Shown: in pieces, positions 24,730 to 36,697 of the stretch
Layout: each line of letters starts with the position of its first letter
Numbering within the stretch: the first letter of the stretch is position 1
Assembly: GCF_052425735.1 (NCBI RefSeq)
Contig: NC_135760.1
Location: 3,782,001-3,846,000, forward strand
Source: Oculina patagonica
Taxonomy: Eukaryota
Direction of reading: 5' to 3'
Length of the DNA: 64,000 nucleotides
Program-made: the position numbers and the translations under genes
Notes under the pieces: model-generated
Seen by the model: only the letters and a program-made list of their open reading frames with translations
What the model was told of the DNA's origin: nothing
The model's database searches: none

Positions 24730-27568
24730 TCATCTTATTCTTGTAAACTCTGAACGCCCCTTCATGACTAGTGCCAGGTCACAAGCGGAGCTATTGGCGT
24801 CATACGCGTCGTGTCTGAGGTTAGTGAGGACTGGGGTCAAGTAGCTTCAAGTCCTGTTGACACCACCTAAAGAATGACACCACTCATAAGCACTTTTCTT
24901 CTTTAGTTTATACCACAGTTAAGATCGGGTCGATAAAAAACGAGAGTGGATGAGACTTAAGGGATAAGAATTGCACAAGAGTTTTCTTCAACTCTCATCA
25001 CCTACCATCATTGCGCAGTCAATCGAGCTAATAGTACGTGAAAGTTGATATCATCTACCTGTCGAACAAGTGGAAACTGGTGTTCACACTCATAGAACTT
25101 TGATCAGGTTTAATTTCGACGAGAGTCGTTTATAGTGTAAACCACAAAGAGAGTTTGAACTCGTGTTCTTGTTTGAACCAGTTTTATGGTGGCTAACGAT
25201 ACTTCAGACGTTTTCGTCTTGGGCAATCTATCACAAGTAGTCCAATACTGCTGACAACTAATGTAAAACGGTAAAGTATTTAAACGTACTCTGATCCGTA
25301 AGTACTCACAATTGGTTGCCATAGCATCGTCAGTAGCAGTCAAAGGTAACCAAATTATCATATGTTGAGGCTAATAACTACAAACAGACAGTTTGACCAT
25401 TTCATTTCTTTTTCAGAGCTACTTCATTTTCTAATAAAGTTAAGTTGTCTCTGAACCCGTACATCTGAGTACAGCACACAAAGCTAACTTTTCCTTTTAT
25501 TTCCACAAACGGTCGCATTTCTATTTTTGTCTCGAGTAATTATATGAAATGGCTGAGATGGGTGTCTCTGAGAGTGAAACTAAATGAACATGGTATTACC
25601 CTACCTCTTCGCAGCTTCAATGTCATGTTCTTTGGTCTCTTCCAAGACGCATGCTCTATTAGCAAGGACGCTGTCAAAAAGAAAAGGGATCATTTTATAT
25701 GTATGAGTTAAACGGAAAGAACGGATTGTAGAATAATAGCAATTTTAATCTTGCCGATAAATGAGAGGATCAAGAGTGCAATGCCCATGGCTTAAACTAG
25801 GACCTCTGGAAGAGCAAACTATTTTCGACTATTTGGTCTCCAATAAATTGCGAAATAAGGATTGCCATACCCATGTAAATCCTTGCCAAGCTAAACGCCA
25901 GATCGCGCGCAGGCAGCGAATCAGAGAGCAGCTCGTAGTTTTGTGGAGACAGCAAGGTATTCATGAAAGACTGAACTTGTTGCGACAAAATCTTCAGGGA
26001 GGGGTGGGACGAAGAGGCCTTTGACAACTTGTCGGAGACGCTAGCGTGGAAAGCCTTCAGTACCTGCGTATCAACAAGAATGATATGGATTAGACAATAA
26101 CAGGATATTAAGAGTGCTGTGAGGAAATTTACGTACAACATTTATATACATGGAGGCACATAAAGCGGTTTTCTTTTGAGTGCTGTAATACCAGAAACAA
26201 AGTAATCACTCTTGCCATTACAAAGGACACAAACAATACAGCGAGCCAATCATAACTCAAAGAAAATACATGTAGCCGCCGCGAAGCGCGGGAAAATGTG
26301 TGTGAGCGAGTCACGAATAGGTTTGGTTTAATTTACTTCTGATTGATTGACAAAGTGGTGCGGGATTTTTAAACCAATGGCCAAGTGCAGTACTGAATGC
26401 AAAACCAAACCAACGCAATTTCGACACTCAAGTAAAAACTGCTCAAAAAAGTAGATACATTAGATTGTTTTATGTCTAGCCTAGGAAACAAGAGCCATGA
26501 GAGACGCCTGCTAACTCGGGCTCTTCCGCAAATCTTCGTAAAACCACGCGAAGTGTTTCCGATTGTTATAAGCCAGTCAGAAACTAGCACGACCACTCCG
26601 AAAGCTGTCAGGTCAGTTAATCGCCATCAAGACATGTCAAACGCCCTATTTAGTAACCTCCCGCCAAAAACCGCGAGGTGAGGTAAACGTGAAGTCTACA
26701 TTCGAGCCTAGTGGCCATCAGGTCGGAACTTATCCCGGTTTCAGTAGCATGAAGCGACTAGAAGTATCTCTACTCCCCCCTGGATGGGATTTATCATTTT
26801 CATGTGAATTTGTTTGAAGTTGAAAGAAATTATTCTCAAGGGTAACATCTCGTGGTCTGAAATGGGACAACAAACAAATGAAGCTTAAAAGCAAACAAAA
26901 AATAGTAATCGATTAAGTGTGATCTGTAGAATCGGTGAAAAACATGTAAAAGGTGCAAGCGCAGGAGATAGAAAACGGCGCACGTATTTACATAGCCTGA
27001 TAAAAACACTCGAGAAAGTTTAGAAGATTTTAAAAAATGATGTTAATCAAGGACTTACAGAATTCGCTTGGACGGGCGTTTTTCACGTAAACTAAAAGCA
27101 GCGGTTTTCCGTCGCAATGTTTCAACATTGATTGACAGTTTCCTCGAAGCAACTAGCAACTTTAAGTTTAAAGTTGAACTTGGCAACTTACTTGGGCAAA
27201 TTTGAATTTTAAGCAAAGTTGCAAGTTGCTTCCAGCAAACTGCATTCAATATCGGGGACGTTGCGTAGAAGCATTGCAAAATTTTCAAAAACAAAATAAT
27301 GTAACCAGTGGGCAGCGCGCCCAGGAAAACGTCACCAGTGGAAAGTGCGGTCAAACAAGTAACGGGTGGCAATCGCGGGAAAACTCGAGTGCACGATCAA
27401 TTATAGAGCCAAAAGCTTAGAAAATTAATGTAAGTGTTAGTAAAAATTACTACTGTAAGAAAACGTTTTTTGATTCAAATTACAATTTACCTGTCCTTGA
27501 CTTTTAAACACCGACCTCAGTACGTCTAACGATAAAACATTCGTGGTTCCTTCCCAGATGGGCAAAAC
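24730..27568 (-). pseudogene. Acyl-CoA dehydrogenase (ACDH-11/AidB-like) last four exons, copy B
   Basis: Exons 27568-27491 ([19 protein letters not shown]..), 26063-25871 (..ARDLAFSLARIYM), 25670-25605 (SLLIEHASW..DIEAAKR, apparent 1-nt deletion) and 24866-24730 (WCQQDL+10-nt insertion+TPVLTNLRHDAYD..DLALVMKG..stop). All splice sites are GT-AG. Confidence 0.85.
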
Positions 27569-28593
27569 CTTTCAAACGAAACAACATACAAGACAATCAA
27601 CTTCTTTAGCAAGTAAATTTTTTATCACTGATGTAAATTTTTATTGTAAATTTCATTTTTAATAATATTTTACTGTAAAGCGCCATGAGCCATGGATATA
27701 ACGGAAGCCTTGAGCCAAGTGACCCATACTTGCCGGAGCTTATCGGATCTTTGATATTTCCGGCAACAAGAATTTTGTTGAAATAGCCACAGCGAAGAAA
27801 AAAATTAAATAAGACAACTACGGCGAATCTCTCGGCTTCGACGGCGAACTGATGTAGTCACAAATGCCCTGCATCATCAGCATGCAGGGCTTGTTTTTAG
27901 GTCCAGCAGGTTTAACAGGCAAAAAACCATCAAATCGAAAAGTAGATAAATACAAAAATTCAAAAACTTTCTTTGCTTGACCTACTAACTATTATTTCGC
28001 TACAAAGGGCTCGTACAAGGTAATAGATTTTCACTTATTCGCTGTGGCTGATCAAGACGTCATAACTTCAATAAAAAAGTTAAAAGGAAACAATTTACAT
28101 AATGAGAGGTTGCATTAAAATATATTTTCTATTAGAGTCGGAATTGCTGCACTTATCTGGCAACCAACTAACGTAATATATTCTGATCAAACATAGCAAA
28201 GTAAAAGCAAATAAGACAGCCGAGCGATAAGCAAACCTCACCTTTGAAAAATTTACGAAGAATGCTTAAAACGGCGGGCAGAAGTCCGAAAATAATGGCC
28301 CGTTAAGGTCAAGTAATCAGTGGAAAAATATTTTTAGTGATCGAAAATTTTTGATCACTTGAGAACTAATTATATGTCAGTCGAGAAATTTTCATCGGTC
28401 ACGTATTAAAACAGTTTCTTAATGAAATGCACGAGAAACTCCTGCTCTTGTGTACTTTATAAACACGTCGTTTTTTAATTAATCCGTTAAAAAATTAAAT
28501 TGATTTAAAAGGCCCCTCTCAAAATGCACAGGAAACTGCTGCTCTGTGTACTCGATTCAGAGTCACGTCAAAATTAACGTGCCCGAGAAACTC

Positions 28594-28689
28594 TAGCCTC
28601 CCACGCAGTCGTTCTTAGGGGCGATGGTGTTTCACTCCTCCCCACGAGTGAAACACGATCGCCCCTAAGAACGACTGCGTGGGAGGCTA
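28594..28689. mobile_element. 96-bp hairpin TAG..CTA MITE (AcademH-like)
   Basis: Near-perfect hairpin with a perfect 9-bp TSD GAGAAACTC, inserted in a degenerate tandem repeat (28430-28870). Confidence 0.85.
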
Positions 28690-29273
28690 GAGAAACTCCT
28701 GCTTTGCGTATCTAAGTAAGTCACGCCGTTTTTGATTGGTCGAGACATAAAAAACATTAATTTCCTTTTTAAAATACCAGTGAAACTGCTGCTCTCTGTA
28801 CCTAAGTTACTTACGTCGTTTTTAATTGGTTGAGAAATTAAAATACATAAGAAACTCCTGCTTTTTACGCGTCCGTCTTTAAACGAACTAACGAAATTTC
28901 GACAGCAACATGCGAACCATTCTTAATTGCGGCATTACAAGCTTCAAAATTCAGACGGGAGGCACGCATATCTACCCTAACAGGGCCTCATTATCCGCGC
29001 TCTGAGAAACAATTTTATAAGAGCAACAGCGTTAGCTATAAACAGAGGGTTTTCGCAAAATTTATTGCTCCAATTTTAAAACTTCCTGGTCACGCTTACT
29101 TGAATGCCTTACGAGTTCCTGTTGAGTAATTGCCAACGATTTTCAAATTGTTTTAACTACCGCAGGCATAAGTTGACACCGCAGTAGCTCCACGTTTCCG
29201 CGAGGACTTCCTGACGGGAGAGACTGAAAATTCGTTTATCTGTTTACACTGCATCGACCTCACCATAGAAGCC

Positions 29274-30602
29274 ATGACTTTCGTCGAAGAAATCTGGCAA
29301 ACAACAAAACCAACCATCAGAGAAAGGTGCAAGTTTATGTTCAACAATGATCTTTTCAGCGATGTAAAGTTTGTTGTGCCAAAGGCCGATGGCGAAAGCG
29401 GAAGTAAAAAAGTGATTCCTGCTCATAAGTTCATGTTGTCGATAAGCAGTCCTGTGTTTGAAGCCATGTTTTACGGAGATCTGGCGGAGACTGGAGCCTC
29501 TGTTGAACTGCCTGACTGTGAGTACGATAGTCTGTTGGAGTTGTTTCGTTTCATGTACAGCGATGAGGCGAACATAAGTGGAAGTAATGTGATGGGAGTG
29601 TTGTATTTGGCGAAGAAATACATAGTGCCTTCACTGGCTGATAAATGCACGGAATATCTACAAGACAACTTAGATCCCTGTAATGTGTTTAGCATCCTGC
29701 CATCCGCTCAGAAATATAAAGAGAAAAATCTGGAGGAAAAGTGCTGGAAATTGATCGATAAACAGACAGAAGAGGCTGTGAAATCTGATGGATTTGTGGC
29801 AATTGAGAGGTCCTTACTTGAAGAAGTAGTCGTGAGAGACACTCTAACGATTCAAGAGATAGAGCTGTTTAAAGCTGTTAACTTGTGGGCAACAAGGGAA
29901 TGCGAGAGACAAGATTCAGCGTCAGATGGTGCAATGAAGAGAAAAATTCTTTGAGAAGAAATAATCAAAGGAATACGTTTCCCAACAATGAAACTAGAAG
30001 ATTTCTCCAGTGTAGTCTTGGGCAGCGACATTTTAACAAAAAAAGAAATTGCAAGTATGACCGATTGTCTCGGTTCAGCGTCGAGTTTTCCAGTGAAATT
30101 TTCAGCAACAAAAAGACGTGGTTTTCAAGTTGATGGTGATATTCAACGATGTTGTAGATTTGGCTCACCGTCTGCTTGTGGATGGAGTTATACTGGCTCC
30201 ACAGATGCTATCAGTTTCTCTGTGGACAAAGATATTGTGCTTCACGGAGTGTGCTTCTTTGGTAATGAGAATAAAGCTTACTCGGTAGACTTGAAGGTAA
30301 ATGATACCTTATCAGTTCTAGTGTCTAAAACTGGACAATTTTTTTCAAAGCTATTACAGGTAGAGAATTGCAGCTATTATGGTTTTAAAGTGAACTTTGA
30401 CAAAGAGAAAGTCATTTTGAAGAAAAACACGAAGTACGACATGAAAGCTAAAATATCAGGCTCTCCTTCGTTACGTGGAGTAAACTGTGTCAGTTCTGTT
30501 CAATGTTCAGATGTAACATTTACATTTATGACTAGTGACTACCCAAATAATGGGACGGATGTTAGTGAGGGCCAATTTCCAGAGTTGTTGTTTTCTCTTT
30601 AA
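29274..30602 (+). pseudogene. BTB-BACK-PHR copy 6, single premature stop
   Basis: TGA at 29952-29954 aligns to a Gly codon (GGA/GGG) in paralogs; otherwise in frame; 3' half nearly identical to copy 1. Confidence 0.9.
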
Positions 30603-31735
30603 ATAAATATTAATCATTTCGTTCATTAATCACAGATCTCATCAAATACCAGGCGAGGATGGTCATTTAGTCAAACTACTGAGTCTTATAAAACCTGGAG
30701 TTGAAAATTATTTTTTATTGCAAGGAAAGAAGGCTGCTGGTTACATTGAAATAGTTTTAACGCCAAACTTTAAGAATAAGCTTTTTGTTTGAATTCTCAG
30801 CAGGATACCATTTACTCAACTTTCTCAGAAACTCTTAAATTCACAAAAGTAATAACAAATAATTTCTCCTTACAGAGAAAAAAATGGGACGAGAATAATG
30901 AACTATGAGATATAACTCCATGTATGAACAAACATGTCAAGTTGTCCAAAATTAACATTAGCAGCAAATATGTATATATAAAAGTAAGCACTGGAAAATG
31001 GCAAAAATAACAGAACAGTACTGAAACTGTAGTGTTTTCTTGTCAGAGATAAAAAAAAACCTCTTATGTAACAGATTGCTTATCAATAAAAATGCAGTGA
31101 CGAGATCTCTCGGCTCGATTTCTGCGTTTTACGACCTGTCTCATACAGTGACAGCTGCAGTGAGTTCGGCTGAGAGGACACTCATGCATGTCTTGCTACT
31201 TGGTTATTGAATGGAAATGACACGCAAATTCACTAATCAGTCAAAGCTCATTTTCTCCAATAATAAATGTATATAAAATACTTGTTTCATGATTTGAAGG
31301 AAAATATTCTCCTGATTCGCGATTGTATCCCTCTCCCTCCCCTTCTACCGCCCCGCTTAAGTTTTCGTCATCCCCAAAACTACTGACACATTAAATTCCA
31401 TTTACAAATCAGGATTAGACGCGCTGTGGAACATTTTAAGGACCACTTTTATAAGAGAACAGTGTCGGTCGTAAACAAGCGTTTCCTGCCAAATATATCG
31501 CTCTATCTACACGTTGGCTATGTGTGTGAACTAAATTTAGAACATGAAATGTCAAAAGGAATTTTGATTTTTTTTTTCGTTTTGTTTAACTTTACCGCTT
31601 GGTTCGATTTTCGAACTCTCGTGGTCACGCTTAGTGTAGTGCGTGACAAATTTTATATTCAAATAGTTTTAAACTACCGCAGGCTCAAGTTGCCAAAAGA
31701 AAACTGAAATATTGTAGGATTTCACAACAGAAACC

Positions 31736-33203
31736 ATGGCTGTCGTCGAAAAAAACTGGCAAACTACAAGACCCACCATCAGAGATAGAAACAAGTTCAT
31801 GTTCAACAACGATATCTTCAGCGATGTGGAGTTTGTTGTTCGGAAGACTGATGGCGAGAGTGAAAGTAAACAAGTGATTTGAATTGAATTGACTTTATTT
31901 CCCATAATAGAATAATACAGCATGTATATTTTTCTGTTACAATCTGCATTAGGGAGGAAGACTAAGGAAACCCTCGCGGGCTTTTACAAAACCATGGCTG
32001 TCGTCGAAGTTCGTGCTGTCGATAAGCAGTCCTGTGTTTGAAGCCATGTTTTACGGTGAGCTGGCGGAGACTGGAGACTCTATTGAACTGCCTGACTGTG
32101 AGTACGATAGTCTGTTGGAGTTGTTTCGCTACATGTATAGCGATGAAGTGCACTTGAGCGGAAGCAATGTGATGGGAGTGTTGTATTTGGCGAAGAAATA
32201 CATAGTGCCTTCACTGGCTGATAAATGCACGGAATATCTGAAAGATAACTTAGATCCGTCGAATGTTTTCAGCATCTTGCCATCTGCTCGGAAATATGAC
32301 GAGAAAAATCTTGTGGATCAATGCTGAAAAGTGATCGATAAACAGACAGAAGAGGTCGTGAAATCTGATGGATTTGCGACAATTGAGAGGTCCTTACTTG
32401 AAGCAGTAGTCGTAAGAGACAGTCTGACGATTGAAGAGATAGAGCTGTTTAAAGCTGTTGACCTGTGGGCAAAAAAGGAATGCGAGAGGCAAGGTTTAGC
32501 GGCAGATGGTGCAATAAAGAGAAGAATTCTTGGAGAACAAATAATCAAAGGAATACGTTTCCCAACAATGAAATTGGAAGATTTCTCTAGTGCGGTTTTA
32601 GACAGCGACATATTAAAAAAATAAGAAATTGTCACTATTATTAAACGTCTCAGTTCAGTCTCGAGTTCTCCAGTAGCATTTCCAGAAACAAGAAGATGTG
32701 GTTTTCAATTTGACGGTAATATTCAGCGATGTTGTAGATTCGGCTCATCGACTGGCAGTGGATGGAGCTATAGTGGCTTCATCATGATAGATGCCATCCG
32801 TTTCTCTGTGGACAAGGATATTTTGCTTCATGGAGTTTGCTTCTTTGGAAGTGAGAATAACACTTACTATGTAGAATTAGATATAATTGACTCCAACAGC
32901 AAATCAATTTTTGTGTCTAAAACTGAACGATTTCCTTCAGAACTGTTACAGGGAGAGAATTGTAGCTATTATGGTTTTAAAGTGATGTTTGACAAAGAGA
33001 AGGTCATTTTAAAGAAAAACACAAGGTACGATATAAGGGCCAAAATATTAGGCTCTCCTTCGCTATATGGAAACAGTTGTGTCAGTTCTGTTCAATGCTC
33101 AGGAGTAACATTTACATTTATGAATATTAAGAGTCAACACTCAAATATCAGAACGGAAACTGTTCAGGGTCAATTTCCAGAATTGTTGTTTTCTCTTAAA
33201 TAA
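31736..33203 (+). pseudogene. BTB-BACK-PHR copy 7, insertion plus nonsense codons
   Basis: Insertion at ~31880-32006 in the BTB; TGA at 32325-32327 (Trp position) and TAA at 32622-32624 (Glu position). Confidence 0.9.
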
Positions 33204-34764
33204 ACATGGAACATTGCCTTCAGTTATCACAGATCTAATCAAATGCCAGGTGAAGATACTCGAGTTAATTAAAAAAAGCTGTGTTGCCAAAAATCCGACA
33301 ACATTGACCGTGGGTATAAAATTTTGGGCTCCTGTGTACCCGACTATACACTGTTGTAGTGTTATTTTTATAAAACAGTGGTGGGAAACAGTAAAAATTG
33401 AAAACCAGATCTCAACCTGTCTAGCTAGCTATAGGAAATAAAATCCTTACATTGACAAAAGCGTTGTTCGCCAGATCTATCTTAGAGTTATTAAGAGCCT
33501 TGTGTTTACTGAGCGTGTGTATTTTAATTTGTTATATATTTTTCTAAAATATTGTTTGTCGCGTTAAACAACAATAACAGTAATAAGAATTGCTACCATT
33601 ATTACCGAAGAAAACTAGCTAGGTGAAGGTGTAAGTAATCGAAATGTAAATAAAAAATATAAGTAATGAATTGATGTATTTGATTAAAATAAATGTTTCA
33701 AAACAAATCAACTATTGGATAGAATTTAGCTTGATGTACAAGTTAATTCTCAGAACTAACATAACCAGTTATGTATGACAGTAAGAAAGGAGAATGTGTT
33801 ATTTATAGCTTAAAATTGAAATGCTTACATAAAGTACAACTGGGAGTGTATCGGTGGTTTTACTGAGAAACAAAAAACCCACACCAAAGACTGTTTGCTT
33901 ATCGTAATAAAACTACAATAGCGAAGCTTTATTTAACAGCCGCTAAGTAGTTTGCGCTACACTTCTTTTAAAAGTTTCCCTTTGCATCAGCAATCAGCTA
34001 ACACACACTCCGTTTTAATCCAAACTTATAACAACTACAGTTAAATTATAGCACACTACACTAAATATACCGAAGTTGTGCTCAATTTTGTTCTACGGAT
34101 ACAGAAAGTTTGCCATAATATATTTTTCTTTCTTTTTCTTTTATCGCACCCATAGGCACTCTTCCTTCATAAACAACACTATCGCATTTGCTCTTTCTGG
34201 ACCAGACAAAACCTGCTAGTCTCTAACTTTGTCTTTGTGGGTATCATGGTCAGATTTTGCGCAATTCTCGGTCACGCTGAGTGCGTGATTATGGTCACGC
34301 TAGCTGAGTACGTAACCACTGATTTCTATGACGTCAATGCAAAAGCACGACAAGGAAACTGAAACACAATATGCGAAACTGTGTACCGACGCTTGGTTAT
34401 CAACGGCTTCCAATTTATCATGACGAGAGACAATTTTGATTTCCTGAATAAAGTTCTTAAATTTTCTCCTTATTTTTGTTTTCTCCTCCATAACACACCT
34501 TTTTTTTATCATTACTCGGTCACCTTGCTGTTAAGACTTGCCAGAAACTTGCTATCGCGCAAACCACACAAAATCACGAAATTCAACTATTACGAAGTCC
34601 AACAGCCAATCTGCCTAAATGTCTTGGGTGATCTGACAGTAAAGCAGGTATAAGTGGTCGTCCCGGGCTTGCGGTGGTACTGGAACTCAACTAACTCAAC
34701 TGAAACTCAATAAAATACCGGCCCGGGAATTCAATATTAAGGTCACCAGCCATGTTACACGGAT

Positions 34765-35057
34765 AATCGTATCTATAACAAAATTCTCGATTTTGATTGG
34801 TTCTCCGCGCGCCTATTTGTCGCGTAATTGGCGCGCGATCACGTGGGTGTCCAATTACAGGTATCCAATTTGGACAACTTCAAATTGGATACCTGAAATT
34901 GGACACCTACGCCATTCGCGCGTCAATCACGCGCATTTAAATGGGTTCTTTTTTGCCGTTTTCCCACTGTTTGTACAACCAATTGAATTTACCCTTAACT
35001 TTTTCACACTAACAAAGATTCTCAAAGACTTCCTAACCTCGAATTTTGTTATTGATA

Positions 35058-35096
<39 letters not shown>

Positions 35097-35212
35097 AGAG
35101 TAATCGAGCTCGTAATTTCAAATCGTCCTCGCGCTGCGCGCTCGGCCGATTTTGAAATTACTCGCCCGATTACTCCCTGAATTTTACTCCACTCAGTCCA
35201 ATTACTATTACT
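34765..35212. mobile_element. Non-autonomous Crypton-like element
   Basis: Absent at paralogous sites (~9072, ~56409); 5' end inverted against internal 35041-35062; 3' long hairpin; no clear TSD. Confidence 0.6.
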
Positions 35213-35362
35213 AAGGTTGTGACGTAAGAGCAAAATTACACAATTGTGAAACTAACAAGTACTGACGCAACATGAAAATAAGAGGCTAAGCAGATTTTCC
35301 GCTTTGGGCGAAATATAATTCCCGCAACAATTTCTTGATTTAAAAGAAAACATTCAGCAACC

Positions 35363-36697
35363 ATGTCTGTCGTCGAAGAAAGCTGGCAAACAACAAGACT
35401 CAACATCAGTGAAAGATGCAAGTTTATGTTCAACAACGATCTCTTCAGCGACGTGTCGTTTGTTGTGCAAAAGGCCAATGAAGTAAATGATAGTAAACAG
35501 GTGATTCCTGCTCACAAGTTCGTACTGTCGATTAGCAGTCCTGTATTTGAAGCCATGTTTTACGGTGAGCTGGCTGAGACTGGGGACTCTATTGAACTGC
35601 CTGACTGTGAGTACGAGAGTCTGTTGGAATTCTTTCACTACATATACAGCGATGAATTGAACATAAGCGGAAGAAATGTGATGGGAGTATTATATTTGGC
35701 GAAGAAATACATGGTGCCTTCACTGGCTGACAAATGCGCAAAATATCTGCAGGACAACTTAGATCCGTCGAATGTTTTCAGCATACTGCCCTCTGCTCAG
35801 AAATATGAAGAGAAAAACCTCGTGGATCGATGCTGGGAAGTTATCGATAAACAGACAGTAGAGGCTGTGAAATCAGATGGATTTGTGACAATTGACAGGT
35901 CCTTACTTGAAGTACTAGTCGTGAGAGACACTCTGACGATTGAAGAGATAGAGCTGTTTAAAGCTGTTGACTTGTGGGCAACAAAGGAGTGTGAGAGACA
36001 AGGTTTAGCGGCAGAAGGAGAAATGAAAAGAATAGTTCTTGAAGAGCAAATAATCAAAGGAATACGTTTTCCAACAATGAAACTGGAAGATTTCTGCGAT
36101 GTGGTGTTATACAGCGACATTTTAACAAAAATAGAAATTGTTAGTATTGTTAAATGTCTCGGTTCAGCGTCGAGTTCTCCAGTCGGATTTTCAGAAACAA
36201 AAAGATGTGGTTTGCAATTGGACAGTGATATTCAGCGATGTACTAGAATTGGCTCATTGCCTAGCAGTGGATGGCATTATAGTGGCCGCCGAGACGCTAT
36301 CAGTTTCTCTGTGGACAAAGATATTGTGCTTCATGGAGTGTGCCTCTTTGGAAGTGAGAATAATGCCTACTCTGTAGAATTAGATGTAATGGACTCCAAC
36401 AGCAAATTAATTATTGTGTCTAAAACTGAACGATTTCCTTCAAAACTATTAGAGGAAGAGAATTATAGCTATTACGGTTTTAAAGTGTCGTTTGACAAAG
36501 AGGTCATTTTAAAGAAAAACACGAAGTACGTAATAAGGGCCAAAATATCAGGCTCTCCTTCGTTATGTGGAGTGAACTGTGTCAGTATTGTTAACTGTTC
36601 AGGAGTAACATTCACATTTATGAATAATGAATACTCGACTAATAAAACGGATATTTATGACGGCCAATTTCCTGAATTGCTGTTTTCTCTTAAATAA
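35363..36697 (+). CDS. BTB-BACK-PHR protein (BTBD3/6-like), copy 8, 444 aa
   Basis: Intact ORF with all three domains. Confidence 0.95.
   Translation: MSVVEESWQTTRLNISERCKFMFNNDLFSDVSFVVQKANEVNDSKQVIPAHKFVLSISSPVFEAMFYGELAETGDSIELPDCEYESLLEFFHYIYSDELNISGRNVMGVLYLAKKYMVPSLADKCAKYLQDNLDPSNVFSILPSAQKYEEKNLVDRCWEVIDKQTVEAVKSDGFVTIDRSLLEVLVVRDTLTIEEIELFKAVDLWATKECERQGLAAEGEMKRIVLEEQIIKGIRFPTMKLEDFCDVVLYSDILTKIEIVSIVKCLGSASSSPVGFSETKRCGLQLDSDIQRCTRIGSLPSSGWHYSGRRDAISFSVDKDIVLHGVCLFGSENNAYSVELDVMDSNSKLIIVSKTERFPSKLLEEENYSYYGFKVSFDKEVILKKNTKYVIRAKISGSPSLCGVNCVSIVNCSGVTFTFMNNEYSTNKTDIYDGQFPELLFSLK

Noticed and set aside
28430-28870. Repeat-spacer-like pattern (GAAACTCCTGCT units) as a CRISPR array
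   Set aside because: Degenerate tandem repeat with related spacers, eukaryotic context and no cas genes.
29952-29954. In-frame TGA as selenocysteine or programmed readthrough
   Set aside because: It aligns to Gly, not Cys, no SECIS was noticed, and a single G-to-T change explains it.
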